From: Marinobacter sp.
GTDB lineage: Bacteria; Pseudomonadota; Gammaproteobacteria; Pseudomonadales; Oleiphilaceae
Reading direction: 5' to 3'
Length of the DNA: 64,000 bases
Assembly (NCBI GenBank): GCA_018402255.1
Contig: JAGYIS010000005.1
Coordinates: forward strand, 286,153-350,152
The position numbers and the translations under genes are program-made. The notes under the pieces are model-generated. The model was given only the letters and a program-made list of their open reading frames with translations, had not been told where the DNA came from and made no database searches. Each line of letters begins with the position of its first letter. Within the stretch, counting starts at the first letter, position 1. Below, piece by piece: positions 18,933 to 30,023 of this stretch.

Positions 18933-20345
18933 ATGACGAAGCTGTTCAGCGATAACAACAAAAAGGGTCTGACCCGGGATCTTATCGAAGCCTTGTTCCC
19001 GATGTTCGAGGCCGCCAGTGCCGGTGCCATCGCGGTCGACCGGCAGTCCCGGATCACCTGGATCAACGCCAGTTATTCCCATCTTCTTGGGCTTGCCGAT
19101 CCGTCCATTGCTGTCGGCAAGCCGGTGCGCCAGGTCATCCCGCAAACCCGAATGCCAGAGGTGGTCGAAACCGGCAAGCCGCTGCTACTGGATATCATGG
19201 AGCACAACCGGCAGCAGCTAGTGGTTACACGTCTGCCCTATTACGACGATGAAGGCCAGATTGAGGGCGCGGTTGCCTTTGTGCTGTACGACGATCTGCA
19301 GCCATTGACCCCCCTGGTCTCAAAGTACCGGCGCCTGCATCAGGATCTGGCAGCGGCCCGTAAAGCCCTGGCCCGCAAGGCGAGGGGCACACGGTATAGC
19401 CTGGGGGATTTTGTCGGCGCCAGTCCCGTTGCTCTGGAGGTCAAGCGCAGAGCACGATTGGCTGCGGCCAGGGAAATGCCGGTGTTGCTGCTCGGCGAAA
19501 CCGGTACCGGCAAAGAAGTGCTGGCGCAAGCCATCCACTCAGCCTCGGCCCGGGTAGACAAACCGTTTGTCGGGGTTAACGTTGCCGCCGTGCCGGAAAA
19601 CCTGCTTGAAGCGGAGTTCTTTGGCGTGGCGCCAGGCGCCTACACGGGCGCCGATCGTCGTACCCGGGAGGGCAAATTCCAGCTTGCCAATGGTGGCACC
19701 TTGTTCCTTGACGAAGTGGGCGACATGCCCCTGCCGCTGCAGGCCAAGTTGTTGAGAGCGCTGCAGGAAGGCGAAATTGAACCCCTGGGTTCAAACAAGC
19801 TGGTTTCCGTCGATGTCCGGGTGATTGCGGCGACCAGCCGGAACCTGGAAACCATGATGGCGGAGGGTGCCTTCCGTTCGGATCTGTATTACCGGCTGAA
19901 TGTTGTCGAGATCACCATTCCGCCACTGCGGGATCGTCTGGCTGATCTGGGTGTGTTGTGTGAGGCGCTGCTGGGAGAGATCGGTGAGGGCCAGAACTTG
20001 CGCGCCGAGATTACCGATGCCGGGGTGGCTGCATTGGGCAGCTACGACTGGCCAGGTAACATCCGGGAGCTGCGTAACGTGCTGGAACGCGCTCTGACCA
20101 TGAGTGAAGACGGTGGCCTGCTGGATGCCGATGCCATGTTCAAGGTACTGCCGCAGTCCGGCCGGGAGCCGGGACTGAAGACTGCGCCCCGTCTGGTCAG
20201 GCCTTTGGCTCGCATTATGGCGGATGCGGAGGCCCGGGCGATTGAAGAAGCGCTGCTGGTGAGTCGCGGCAACCGCACACGAGCCGCGAAATTGTTGGGC
20301 ATTTCCCGATCCGTGCTGTATGAAAAACTGGCTAAAATGTCCTGA
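18933..20345 (+). CDS. sigma-54-dependent transcriptional activator with an N-terminal PAS domain
   Basis: The AAA+ core shows LLLGETGTGKE (Walker A), the GAFTGA-type loop GVAPGAYTGA and LFLDEVGDM (Walker B), plus a C-terminal Fis-type HTH (RAAKLLGISRSVLYEKL). ATG 18933 avoids overlap with the divergent esterase gene. Confidence 0.9.
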   Translation: MTKLFSDNNKKGLTRDLIEALFPMFEAASAGAIAVDRQSRITWINASYSHLLGLADPSIAVGKPVRQVIPQTRMPEVVETGKPLLLDIMEHNRQQLVVTRLPYYDDEGQIEGAVAFVLYDDLQPLTPLVSKYRRLHQDLAAARKALARKARGTRYSLGDFVGASPVALEVKRRARLAAAREMPVLLLGETGTGKEVLAQAIHSASARVDKPFVGVNVAAVPENLLEAEFFGVAPGAYTGADRRTREGKFQLANGGTLFLDEVGDMPLPLQAKLLRALQEGEIEPLGSNKLVSVDVRVIAATSRNLETMMAEGAFRSDLYYRLNVVEITIPPLRDRLADLGVLCEALLGEIGEGQNLRAEITDAGVAALGSYDWPGNIRELRNVLERALTMSEDGGLLDADAMFKVLPQSGREPGLKTAPRLVRPLARIMADAEARAIEEALLVSRGNRTRAAKLLGISRSVLYEKLAKMS

Positions 20346-20347
20346 AT

Positions 20348-20365
20348 TCCGGACACGTGTCCGGA
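20348..20365. promoter_or_regulatory. 18-bp perfect palindrome TCCGGACACGTGTCCGGA, a candidate enhancer (UAS) for the adjacent sigma-54 activator
   Basis: It is a perfect inverted repeat starting 3 nt after the activator stop codon. It lies about 125 bp upstream of the -24/-12 element. Confidence 0.5.
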
Positions 20366-20410
20366 TGTCAATACAATTACTTACTACTAAAGTCTTTAAC
20401 TGTCTTTATA

Positions 20411-20419
20411 TCCGGACAC
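20411..20419. promoter_or_regulatory. second copy of the half-site TCCGGACAC
   Basis: It is an exact 9-nt repeat of the palindrome half-site, about 65 bp upstream of the -24 element. Confidence 0.35.
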
Positions 20420-20481
20420 TTTTCTGGGGCTGGTTTTCTTTCTGTATTTTAAGGCATTGAAAAGTAAAGGGCTTTGTAGTC

Positions 20482-20497
20482 TGGCATGGTGTCTGCT
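20482..20497 (+). promoter_or_regulatory. sigma-54 (-24/-12) promoter
   Basis: TGGCATGGTGTCTGCT fits TGGCAC-N5-TTGCW with GG-N10-GC spacing. It lies 145-170 nt upstream of the TRAP binding-protein start. Confidence 0.65.
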
Positions 20498-20641
20498 AAT
20501 GTCCAGTGTGCAAACCGTCAGAACAACGCTCGAAAAAACAAACTGACGCAAACCTGTTGGACCCCCAAACCGCCTCAGTTGGATTTTCTGCGTTGTCTGA
20601 CCAATTTCAGACCAGCCTCCCGGCATTGATCCGGAAGGTGG

Positions 20642-21754
20642 ATGACAACAACAAGAAGGATCCATTTCATGTCGATCAAGCAAAAGCTTTCGCGCCTTAC
20701 CTATGGAATCACCGCTGCGGCTGTGATCAGCGGTGGCATGATCAGCACGGATGTGCTGGCTGCCGAAAAAGTGCGCTGGCAGGTCCCATTGGCATTCCCC
20801 TCTCACCTGATCGGTTTGACCACGCCGGTAAAGCACCTGTCCGAGAGCCTCAAGGCGGTTTCCGGTGGTGATATTCAGTTGCGTTACTACGAGCCCGGTG
20901 AGTTGGTGCCACCGTTTGAAATTATGGATTCGGTGAGCACCGGCAAGTATCCCGCGGGCTATACCTGGGTCGGTTACGACCAGGGCACCATCGCTGCGCT
21001 GCCGCTGTATTCTGGTGCGCCGTTCAACATGGAGCCGCCCGCCTATCTGGCCTGGTATTACCAGGGTGAGGGCCGCGACCTGCTGGAAGAAATCTACGCC
21101 AAGCGCAATATCCATCCCATGCTTTGCTCCATTATCGGGCCTGAGGGCGCCGGCTGGTTCGCCAACCCGATTGACAGCCTGGATGATATCGACGGTTTGA
21201 GAATTCGCTTTGCCGGCATCGGTGGCAAGGTCCTGGAAAAGCTGGGTGCGTCTGTCACCATGATTCCGGGCGGTGAGTTGTATCAGGCGCTGGAACGCGG
21301 AACGATTGACGCGACCGAGTTCTCGCAGCCGGCCATCGACAAGATGCTGGGCCTGGATCAGATCATCAAGAACTACATCATGCCGGGCTGGCACCAGACC
21401 CTGACCACCTCACACCTTTTGGTGAACAAGGATGTCTGGAACAAGCTCAAGCCTGAAACCCGTGCCTTGATCGAGATGGGCTGTGAATCGGCGACCTTGA
21501 AAGGGTTTGCCGAGAGCGAGTTCGCTCAGCCCACCGCGCTGCGCGACTATGAAAAAGAGGGCGTGAACGCCCAGACCCTGCCAGAGCCAGTATTGCGCGA
21601 ACTGCAGAAAGTCACCAACGAAGTGCTGGACGAGATCGCAGCCGGAGACGAGATGTTCCGTCGCGTTCTGACAAGCCAGCGTGAGTTCATGGAGCACCAC
21701 TCCATCTGGCACAACAACGGCTACCTGCCGCGGGACTTCTATCAGTACGACTGA
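20642..21754 (+). CDS. TRAP transporter substrate-binding protein (DctP-related, FcbT1-like)
   Basis: It has a signal peptide ending VLAAEKVRW and is followed by the Q and M permease genes. An alternative start is ATG 20669 (MSIKQK...). Confidence 0.9.
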   Translation: MTTTRRIHFMSIKQKLSRLTYGITAAAVISGGMISTDVLAAEKVRWQVPLAFPSHLIGLTTPVKHLSESLKAVSGGDIQLRYYEPGELVPPFEIMDSVSTGKYPAGYTWVGYDQGTIAALPLYSGAPFNMEPPAYLAWYYQGEGRDLLEEIYAKRNIHPMLCSIIGPEGAGWFANPIDSLDDIDGLRIRFAGIGGKVLEKLGASVTMIPGGELYQALERGTIDATEFSQPAIDKMLGLDQIIKNYIMPGWHQTLTTSHLLVNKDVWNKLKPETRALIEMGCESATLKGFAESEFAQPTALRDYEKEGVNAQTLPEPVLRELQKVTNEVLDEIAAGDEMFRRVLTSQREFMEHHSIWHNNGYLPRDFYQYD

Positions 21755-21824
21755 TCGAACGTCTTGAACCCGTGGATGCCGGCGTTGCCGGTATCCACTC
21801 TGATTCCGCGTCCATAAAATCGAG

Positions 21825-22445
21825 GTGATTGTGACTTACGAGCACGAATCCCCCAAGGTGCCCGCGCCTGCTCAAAACGGCTCCGGCCTGCCCTATAACC
21901 GGGTGTCCTGGTGGCTGGACCGGCTTGTCGTCGGCGTTGGCAAACTCAGTTCCTGGCTATGGCTTGCCGTGCTGTTTGTGGTACTGGCTAACGTGTTCAG
22001 TCGGTTTGTTCTCAACGCTGGCTCAATCTGGCTGGAGGAGCTGTCGTGGCATTTCTTCGGCGCCGCCATGATGCTCACCCTGGGCTTTGCCGTGGTCAAA
22101 GACGATCACGTTCGGGTGGATGTGCTGCGTGAAAAATTTTCGGCGCAATGGCAGGCGAGGATCGAACTGGCCGCCATTCTGCTACTGGCACTGCCAATCA
22201 TCTACTTGATGATCGACAGGCTGATCCCCTACGCCTACAGCTCCTATGTCTACAACGAGCGCTCCCAGGCACCGAGTGGTCTGCCTTACCGTTTCATTTT
22301 CAAGAGTGTGCTGCCGATCGGGATGACCCTGGTGGCAATCGCGCTGGCCTCCCGGGCGCTGCGCTGTTGCACCTTGCTGTTCCGCTTTCCCCGCGAGATT
22401 GCCACGCCTGAGGGTTATGGCAACGGCGAACACCCGCATCCGTAA
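21825..22445 (+). CDS. TRAP transporter small permease (DctQ-type)
   Basis: The 206-aa protein has four TM helices and sits between the binding-protein gene and the large permease gene. Confidence 0.8.
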   Translation: MIVTYEHESPKVPAPAQNGSGLPYNRVSWWLDRLVVGVGKLSSWLWLAVLFVVLANVFSRFVLNAGSIWLEELSWHFFGAAMMLTLGFAVVKDDHVRVDVLREKFSAQWQARIELAAILLLALPIIYLMIDRLIPYAYSSYVYNERSQAPSGLPYRFIFKSVLPIGMTLVAIALASRALRCCTLLFRFPREIATPEGYGNGEHPHP

Positions 22446-22461
22446 AAGAGGCTGACGAATC

Positions 22462-23832
22462 ATGGGTTTGGAAACGATTCTGGTTATTGCCATGTTTGCC
22501 GCCTTTATGCTGATGCTGCTGCTGGGTTTTCCAGTGGCCTGGTCGCTGGCGGGTATTGGTTTGGTGTTCGCCATGGTGGCAAGCATTCTGATCGAGCATT
22601 TTGAGGCCGATCTCTGGTTTACCTGGAATGGCACCATCGGGGTTCTGGATGCCCGCCTGTACGGCGTGGTGGCCAATGAGCTGATGGTGGCGTTACCCCT
22701 GTTTATCTTTATGGGCATCATGCTCGACCGCTCCGGCATTGCCGAAAAACTGATGCACAGTCTGGTCCGGGTGCTGGGCCCGCTGCGCGGCGGTTACGCC
22801 ATTACCGTGGTGATTGTCGGCCTGTTGTTGGCGGCGTCCACGGGTATTGTGGGCGCCTCGGTAGTGCTGCTGGGTATGTTGTCGCTGGGGCCGATGATGC
22901 AGGCCAAGTACAACAAATCGCTGGCGGTGGGTACGGCCTGTTCCGTCGGCACCCTGGGCATTCTGGTGCCGCCCAGCATCATGCTGGTGTTGATGGCCGA
23001 TCGCTTGGGCACGCCTGACGCCTCCGTGGGCAAATTGTTCATGGGTGCCTTGATTCCCGGCATGATGCTGGGCGCCATGTACATTCTGTACATCCTGATT
23101 GCCTCCTTCATCAAGAAAGACCTGGCGCCGGCTCCAGAAAACCGGGAGCCGCTAACCCTGCGTGCGCTGTTGGATGTGTTCCTGGCGGTGGTGCCGCCGA
23201 TGGCGCTGATCATTGCGGTGCTGGGCTCAATCTTTTTTGGCATCGCCACCACCACCGAAGCTTCTGCGGTGGGTGCCTTCGGCGCTCTGCTGATGGCGCT
23301 GATCAGCAAGCGTCTGGACCTCACGGTATTGAAAGAATCCCTGTACCAGACCAGCCGAACCACGGCATTTATCTTTGGCATCTTCATCGGTGCCACAGTC
23401 TTTGCCGCGGTGCTGCGCGGCCTGGGTGGTGACGACGTCATCCGCGATGCCATCACCGGGCTGCCATTTGGCACCACCGGGGTTCTGATCACCGTCCTGT
23501 TCATAACCTTCTTGCTCGGCTTTTTCCTGGATTGGGTCGAGATCACGCTGATCGTTCTGCCTCTGGTTGCGCCTGTGGTTTTCTCGCTGGGCGTGGAGCC
23601 GGTCTGGTTTGCGGTGATGTTTGCCATCTGCCTGCAAACGTCATTCCTGACGCCACCGGTCGGATTCTCATTGTTCTACATCAAGGGTGTGTGTCCCCCG
23701 GGGATCACCACACGCGACATCTACCTCGGGGTACTGCCGTTTATTGCACTGCAGCTGCTGGGCCTGATTCTGGTGTTCTGGTTTGAGCCTCTGGCGACCT
23801 GGTTGCCGAACGAAGTGTATGGCAATCGCTGA
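22462..23832 (+). CDS. TRAP transporter large permease (DctM-type)
   Basis: The 456-aa polytopic protein has typical DctM segments (LFIFMGIMLDRSGIAEKL, GTLGILVPPSIMLV, CLQTSFLTPPVGFSLFY). Confidence 0.95.
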   Translation: MGLETILVIAMFAAFMLMLLLGFPVAWSLAGIGLVFAMVASILIEHFEADLWFTWNGTIGVLDARLYGVVANELMVALPLFIFMGIMLDRSGIAEKLMHSLVRVLGPLRGGYAITVVIVGLLLAASTGIVGASVVLLGMLSLGPMMQAKYNKSLAVGTACSVGTLGILVPPSIMLVLMADRLGTPDASVGKLFMGALIPGMMLGAMYILYILIASFIKKDLAPAPENREPLTLRALLDVFLAVVPPMALIIAVLGSIFFGIATTTEASAVGAFGALLMALISKRLDLTVLKESLYQTSRTTAFIFGIFIGATVFAAVLRGLGGDDVIRDAITGLPFGTTGVLITVLFITFLLGFFLDWVEITLIVLPLVAPVVFSLGVEPVWFAVMFAICLQTSFLTPPVGFSLFYIKGVCPPGITTRDIYLGVLPFIALQLLGLILVFWFEPLATWLPNEVYGNR

Positions 23833-23891
23833 CGTCCGTATGACGGATACCGACAAACAATAACGACGATAATCGACAGGAGATCGCGAAC

Positions 23892-24671
23892 ATGCGCCTT
23901 CACAATCAAGTTGCCCTGATCACCGGAGCGGGCCGGGGAATCGGCCGGGCCATTGCCGAACATTACGCCCGCGAGGGTGCCCGGGTCGCGGTTGCAGACC
24001 TGACCCTCGACAGTGCCCGGGACACGGTCGACGCCATCGAGCAAGCCGGTGGCACCGCCATGGCCCTGGCCATGGATGTCACCAACGAACAAGCCGTCGA
24101 CCAGGGCGTGGCGGCGATTGTCGAACGCTGGGGCCAACTGGATATCGCGCTGGCGAATGCCGGCATCCAGCACATTGATCCGGTACACAAACTGGCGTTC
24201 TCCGACTGGAGCAAAGTCATGAGCGTGCATCTGGATGGTGCCTTTCTGGTCACCCGCGCGGCGCTGCGCCAGATGTATGAACAGGACGGAGGGACTATGC
24301 TGTACATGGGGTCGGTCCATTCGGTGGAAGCCTCACCCCTGAAAGCGCCCTATGTGGCCGCCAAGCACGGTATGCTTGGCCTGTGCCGGGCAGTGGCAAA
24401 AGAGGGTGCGGAACACGGGGTGCGCAGCAACATTATCTGCCCCGGTTTTGTACGCACGCCGCTGGTAGACAAGCAGATTCCGGAGCAGGCCAAAGAACTG
24501 GGCATTTCCGAGGAAGACGTGATCAGCAAGGTGATGCTCAAGAACACGGTGGACGGACAATTCACCACCCTGGAAGACGTATCGGAACTTGCCGTACACC
24601 TGGCCGCTTTTCCATCCGCGGCCCTGACCGGACAGTCCATTGTGGTCAGCCATGGCTGGCACATGCAGTAA
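23892..24671 (+). CDS. bdhA: 3-hydroxybutyrate dehydrogenase (SDR family)
   Basis: The translation shows [12 protein letters not shown] (NAD binding), NAGIQH and YVAAKHG (the catalytic YxxxK). The size and the acetoacetyl-CoA synthetase context also fit. Confidence 0.8.
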   Translation: MRLHNQVALITGAGRGIGRAIAEHYAREGARVAVADLTLDSARDTVDAIEQAGGTAMALAMDVTNEQAVDQGVAAIVERWGQLDIALANAGIQHIDPVHKLAFSDWSKVMSVHLDGAFLVTRAALRQMYEQDGGTMLYMGSVHSVEASPLKAPYVAAKHGMLGLCRAVAKEGAEHGVRSNIICPGFVRTPLVDKQIPEQAKELGISEEDVISKVMLKNTVDGQFTTLEDVSELAVHLAAFPSAALTGQSIVVSHGWHMQ

Positions 24672-24687
24672 AAACCTGGAGAAACGG

Positions 24688-26678
<1,991 letters not shown>

Positions 26679-26757
26679 TTGCGGCCATTTTGTCGACAAA
26701 GTGAGCATATTTCCGCTTGACTAAAGGCGCGCGGAATACAGCTCGGCAGTCGGATGA

Positions 26758-26866
26758 GCGGTGGGGGAAAGCCCTCCCAAAACTGTGCGGAGCCATGGAT
26801 GGCGGAGCCCAAGCGCCCCATGGATGGGCCGAAGGAGCGTGTTTTGGGAGGGCTTTTCCCCACCGC
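26758..26866. repeat. MITE/REP-like palindromic element
   Basis: GCGGTGGGGGAAAGCCCTCCCAAAAC (26758-26783) pairs with GTTTTGGGAGGGCTTTTCCCCACCGC (26841-26866) at 25 of 26 complementary positions. The 57-nt spacer contains CCATGGATGG twice. Confidence 0.6.
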
Positions 26867-26971
26867 GATAACTCCAAAGCCTTAAAACCCGACGAATGTT
26901 AGAAAGTTTCGTAAATTCCAGCCTTTTCATCGTCCTGTAACCGAAGATCAGGCATTTTTACTCCGTTCTTA

Positions 26972-27016
26972 TACTAAGATCGTAACCAAACTTTGGTAAA
27001 AAATGCTATCTTAGTA
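26972..27016. promoter_or_regulatory. inverted repeat TACTAAGAT-N27-ATCTTAGTA in the AT-rich icd upstream region
   Basis: The 9-bp arms are exact complements, at 26972-26980 and 27008-27016. The function is unknown. Confidence 0.25.
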
Positions 27017-27120
27017 GGTCTACAAAAGTTCCGAATCAGTCATCGGCCAGACCAGCCGTTCACAAGACGCCTGACCCAGCCATGACCGTCCTGAACCCAC
27101 CCATTTGCCTGAGGACGAAA

Positions 27121-29365
27121 ATGAGCAACTCCAAATCCAAGATTGTCTACACATTGACCGACGAGGCCCCCGCCCTCGCCACACGGTCACTGCTTCCCAT
27201 CCTGGAAACCTTCGCCAAGCCAGCTGGCATCGACTTTGAAACCAGCGACATCTCCCTTGCTGCGCGTATTCTGGCCGGTTTCCCGGACTACCTCGAAGAA
27301 AACCAGCGCGTTCCTGACGCCCTGGCTGAATTGGGTGAGTACACCAAAGACCCGGACGCCAACATCATCAAGTTGCCGAACATCTCCGCGTCTATTCCCC
27401 AATTGCGGGCGGCCATCAAAGAGCTGAACGAACAGGGTTACAAGCTGCCCGAGTACAAAGAAAACCCGGCAACTGACGAAGAAAAAGACATCCAGGCCCG
27501 ATATTCCAAAGCCCTTGGCAGTGCCGTCAACCCGGTTCTGCGTGAAGGCAACTCCGATCGCCGTGCCCCGGCCGCAGTAAAAGCCTTTGCCCGCAAGTTT
27601 CCGCACAGCATGGGCGAGTGGAGCCCGGCTTCGCGCACTCACGTTGCACACATGCGCGGTGGCGACTTCTACTCCAGTGAGCAATCCGTCACCCTGGACA
27701 AGGCCACCAACGCCCGCATCGTATTCGAGAACAAAAAGGGTCAACAGACTGTACTGAAGGCCGAGCTGCCGCTGCTCGAGGGCGAAGTGCTCGACGGCAT
27801 GTACATGAGCAAGCAGGCGCTGATCAAGTTCTTCGAAGACGCCATCGCCGACTGTGAAAAGACCGGTGTGATGTTCTCATTACACGTCAAAGCCACCATG
27901 ATGAAAATCTCTCACCCGATCGTGTTCGGTCACGCGGTGAAGGTGTTCTACAAAGAGCTTTTCGACAAGTACGGTGACCTGTTCAACGAAATCGGTGTCA
28001 ACCCGAACAACGGCCTGTCTTCCGTGCTTGAAAAAATCAAGCAACTGCCGGAGTCCAAGCAGGAGCAGATTCAGGAAGACCTGCACGCGTGCTATGAACA
28101 CCGTCCTGAAATCGCCATGGTCGATTCCGTGAAAGGTATCACCAACCTGCACGTGCCAAGTGACGTTATTGTTGACGCCTCCATGCCGGCGATGATTCGC
28201 AACTCCGGTAAAATGTGGGCCCGTGACGGCAAGCTCAAGGACACCAAGGCGGTGATGCCGGAGTCCACTTACGCGACCATTTACCAGGAAGTGATCAACT
28301 TCTGCAAAACCCATGGTGCCTTCGATCCGACCACTATGGGTACCGTACCCAACGTGGGCCTGATGGCGCAGAAAGCCGAAGAGTATGGCTCCCACGACAA
28401 GACCTACGAAATCAAGGAAGACGGTATTGTTCGAGTGGTCGCCGAAGATGGCACTGTGTTGACCGAGCACAAGGTCGAGAAAGGCGACATCTGGCGCGCC
28501 TGCCAGACCAAAGACCTGCCGATCCGGGATTGGGTCAAGCTGGCGGTCAATCGTGCCCGTTCCAGCAACACACCGGCCGTGTTCTGGCTGGACGACGAGC
28601 GTGCCCACGATGCTCAGTTGATCAAAAAGGTTGAGCAGTACCTGCAGGAGCACGACACCGAGGGTCTGGAAATTCACATCAAGTCGCCGGTGCGCGCCAT
28701 CCGCTGGACCATGGAGCGTCTGATCCGCGGCCTGGACACCATCTCTGTCACCGGCAACGTGCTGCGTGATTATCTGACTGACCTGTTCCCGATTCTGGAA
28801 CTGGGCACCAGCGCCAAGATGCTGTCGATTGTGCCGCTGCTGAACGGTGGCGGTCTGTATGAGACCGGTGCTGGCGGCTCTGCACCCAAGCACGTGCAGC
28901 AGTTGGTTCAGGAAAACCACTTGCGCTGGGACTCACTGGGTGAGTTTTTGGCCACGGCGGTGTCTCTGGACGAATTGGGCGAGAAGCAGAATAACCTGCG
29001 TGCCCGTCTGCTGGGCCAGACCCTGGACAAGGCTACCGAGCGCCTGCTGGAGAACAACCAGTCGCCGTCCCGCGTGACTGGCGAGCTGGACAACCGGGGC
29101 TCGCACTTCCACCTGGCCCGTTACTGGGCAGAGGAGCTGTCCAAGCAGGACGAAGACAAGGATCTGAAAGTATTTTTCGCCAAGTTGTCCGAAGCAGCTT
29201 GAGGAAAACAAGGACAAGATTCTGGAAGAAATGACTGTGGTGCAGGGTCATCCGGCTGACATCGGCGGTTACTATCATCCGCCTATGGAGAAGGTGTGTG
29301 AGGTGATGCAGCCAAGCGCTACCCTCAACAAGATCCTGACCGACGCGCAGGCATCTGTGGGCTGA
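27121..29365 (+). pseudogene. icd: monomeric NADP-dependent isocitrate dehydrogenase, frame interrupted near 29194-29200
   Basis: [27 protein letters not shown] and collinear similarity throughout fit the roughly 740-aa monomeric IDH. The ORF stops at TGA 29200-29202, but the +1 frame continues as EENKDKILEEMTVVQGHPADIGGYYHP...PSATLNKIL, the conserved IDH C-terminus, to TGA 29363-29365. The span length is 3n+1. Confidence 0.9.
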
Positions 29366-29402
29366 AGCCCGTCAATCAGTTCCGGTTCGCCGGTGCTGGT
29401 TG

Positions 29403-29442
29403 AAAAGCCCGGATGGCCGCAAAGGCTCTCCGGGCTTTTTTG
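29403..29442. terminator. bidirectional intrinsic terminator between icd and ybaK
   Basis: AAAAGCCCGGA (loop) TCCGGGCTTTTTT. The stem is 29406-29413 with 29429-29436, flanked by an A-run and a T-run. Confidence 0.7.
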
Positions 29443-29457
29443 TGCCCGGTGGGTTTG

Positions 29458-29928
29458 TCAGTCCTGTTGCAGGGGCACAAACTGACCGTTGGTCAGGCCG
29501 GCCAGATCGGCCGGTGGTAGCTCAATCTCCAGGCCCCTTTTGCCGGCGCTGACGAACACCGTGTCGAATTGCTGAGCGGAAGCATCAATGTAGGTTGGCA
29601 AGCGCTTCTTCTGGCCCAGAGGGCTGACCCCGCCCAGCACGTAACCGGTGCTGCGCTGCACATCGAGTTTATCGGCCATGGCCGCCTTTTTGGCACCTGC
29701 TGCCCGGGCAATGAGTTTCAGGCTGAGCAAATGAGTGACCGGCAGCACCGCCACCGCCAGTGCTTTGCCGTCTATATTGACCACCAGAGTTTTAAAGACC
29801 CGGTCCGGATCCACGCCCATCTTTTCAGCGGCCTCGGTACCGTAGCTTTCCGCTGCGGGATCGTGCTGGTATTCGTGAACGGTGTAGCTCACCTTGGCTT
29901 TCCGGGCGGCCAGTATTCCGGGTGTCAT
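29458..29928 (-). CDS. ybaK: Cys-tRNA(Pro)/Cys-tRNA(Cys) deacylase YbaK
   Basis: The 156-aa protein from ATG 29928 (MTPGILAARKAKVSYTVHEY...) contains FKTLVV, GYVLGGVSPLGQKK and SAGKRGLEIEL, typical of the YbaK/EbsC family. Confidence 0.85.
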   Translation of the reverse strand: MTPGILAARKAKVSYTVHEYQHDPAAESYGTEAAEKMGVDPDRVFKTLVVNIDGKALAVAVLPVTHLLSLKLIARAAGAKKAAMADKLDVQRSTGYVLGGVSPLGQKKRLPTYIDASAQQFDTVFVSAGKRGLEIELPPADLAGLTNGQFVPLQQD

Positions 29929-30023
29929 GAGTCCTCCTGTCAGAAATAACCGCAAAGTCTCGACGCAGGCGCCGATAATGTCTACTTTTGGTAGAAGAAA
30001 CCGCCAAAACATAAGGGAATGCC

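Noticed and set aside
27880-28920. A 346-aa minus-strand ORF inside icd. Similar long antisense ORFs are at 20396-21394, 22794-23627, 31504-32517, 36197-37150, 41053-41859, 44411-45247, 47367-48077 and 6425-7210.
   Set aside because: Each is nested in a confidently assigned gene on the opposite strand. None has a recognisable motif or SD. They are typical GC-rich shadow frames.
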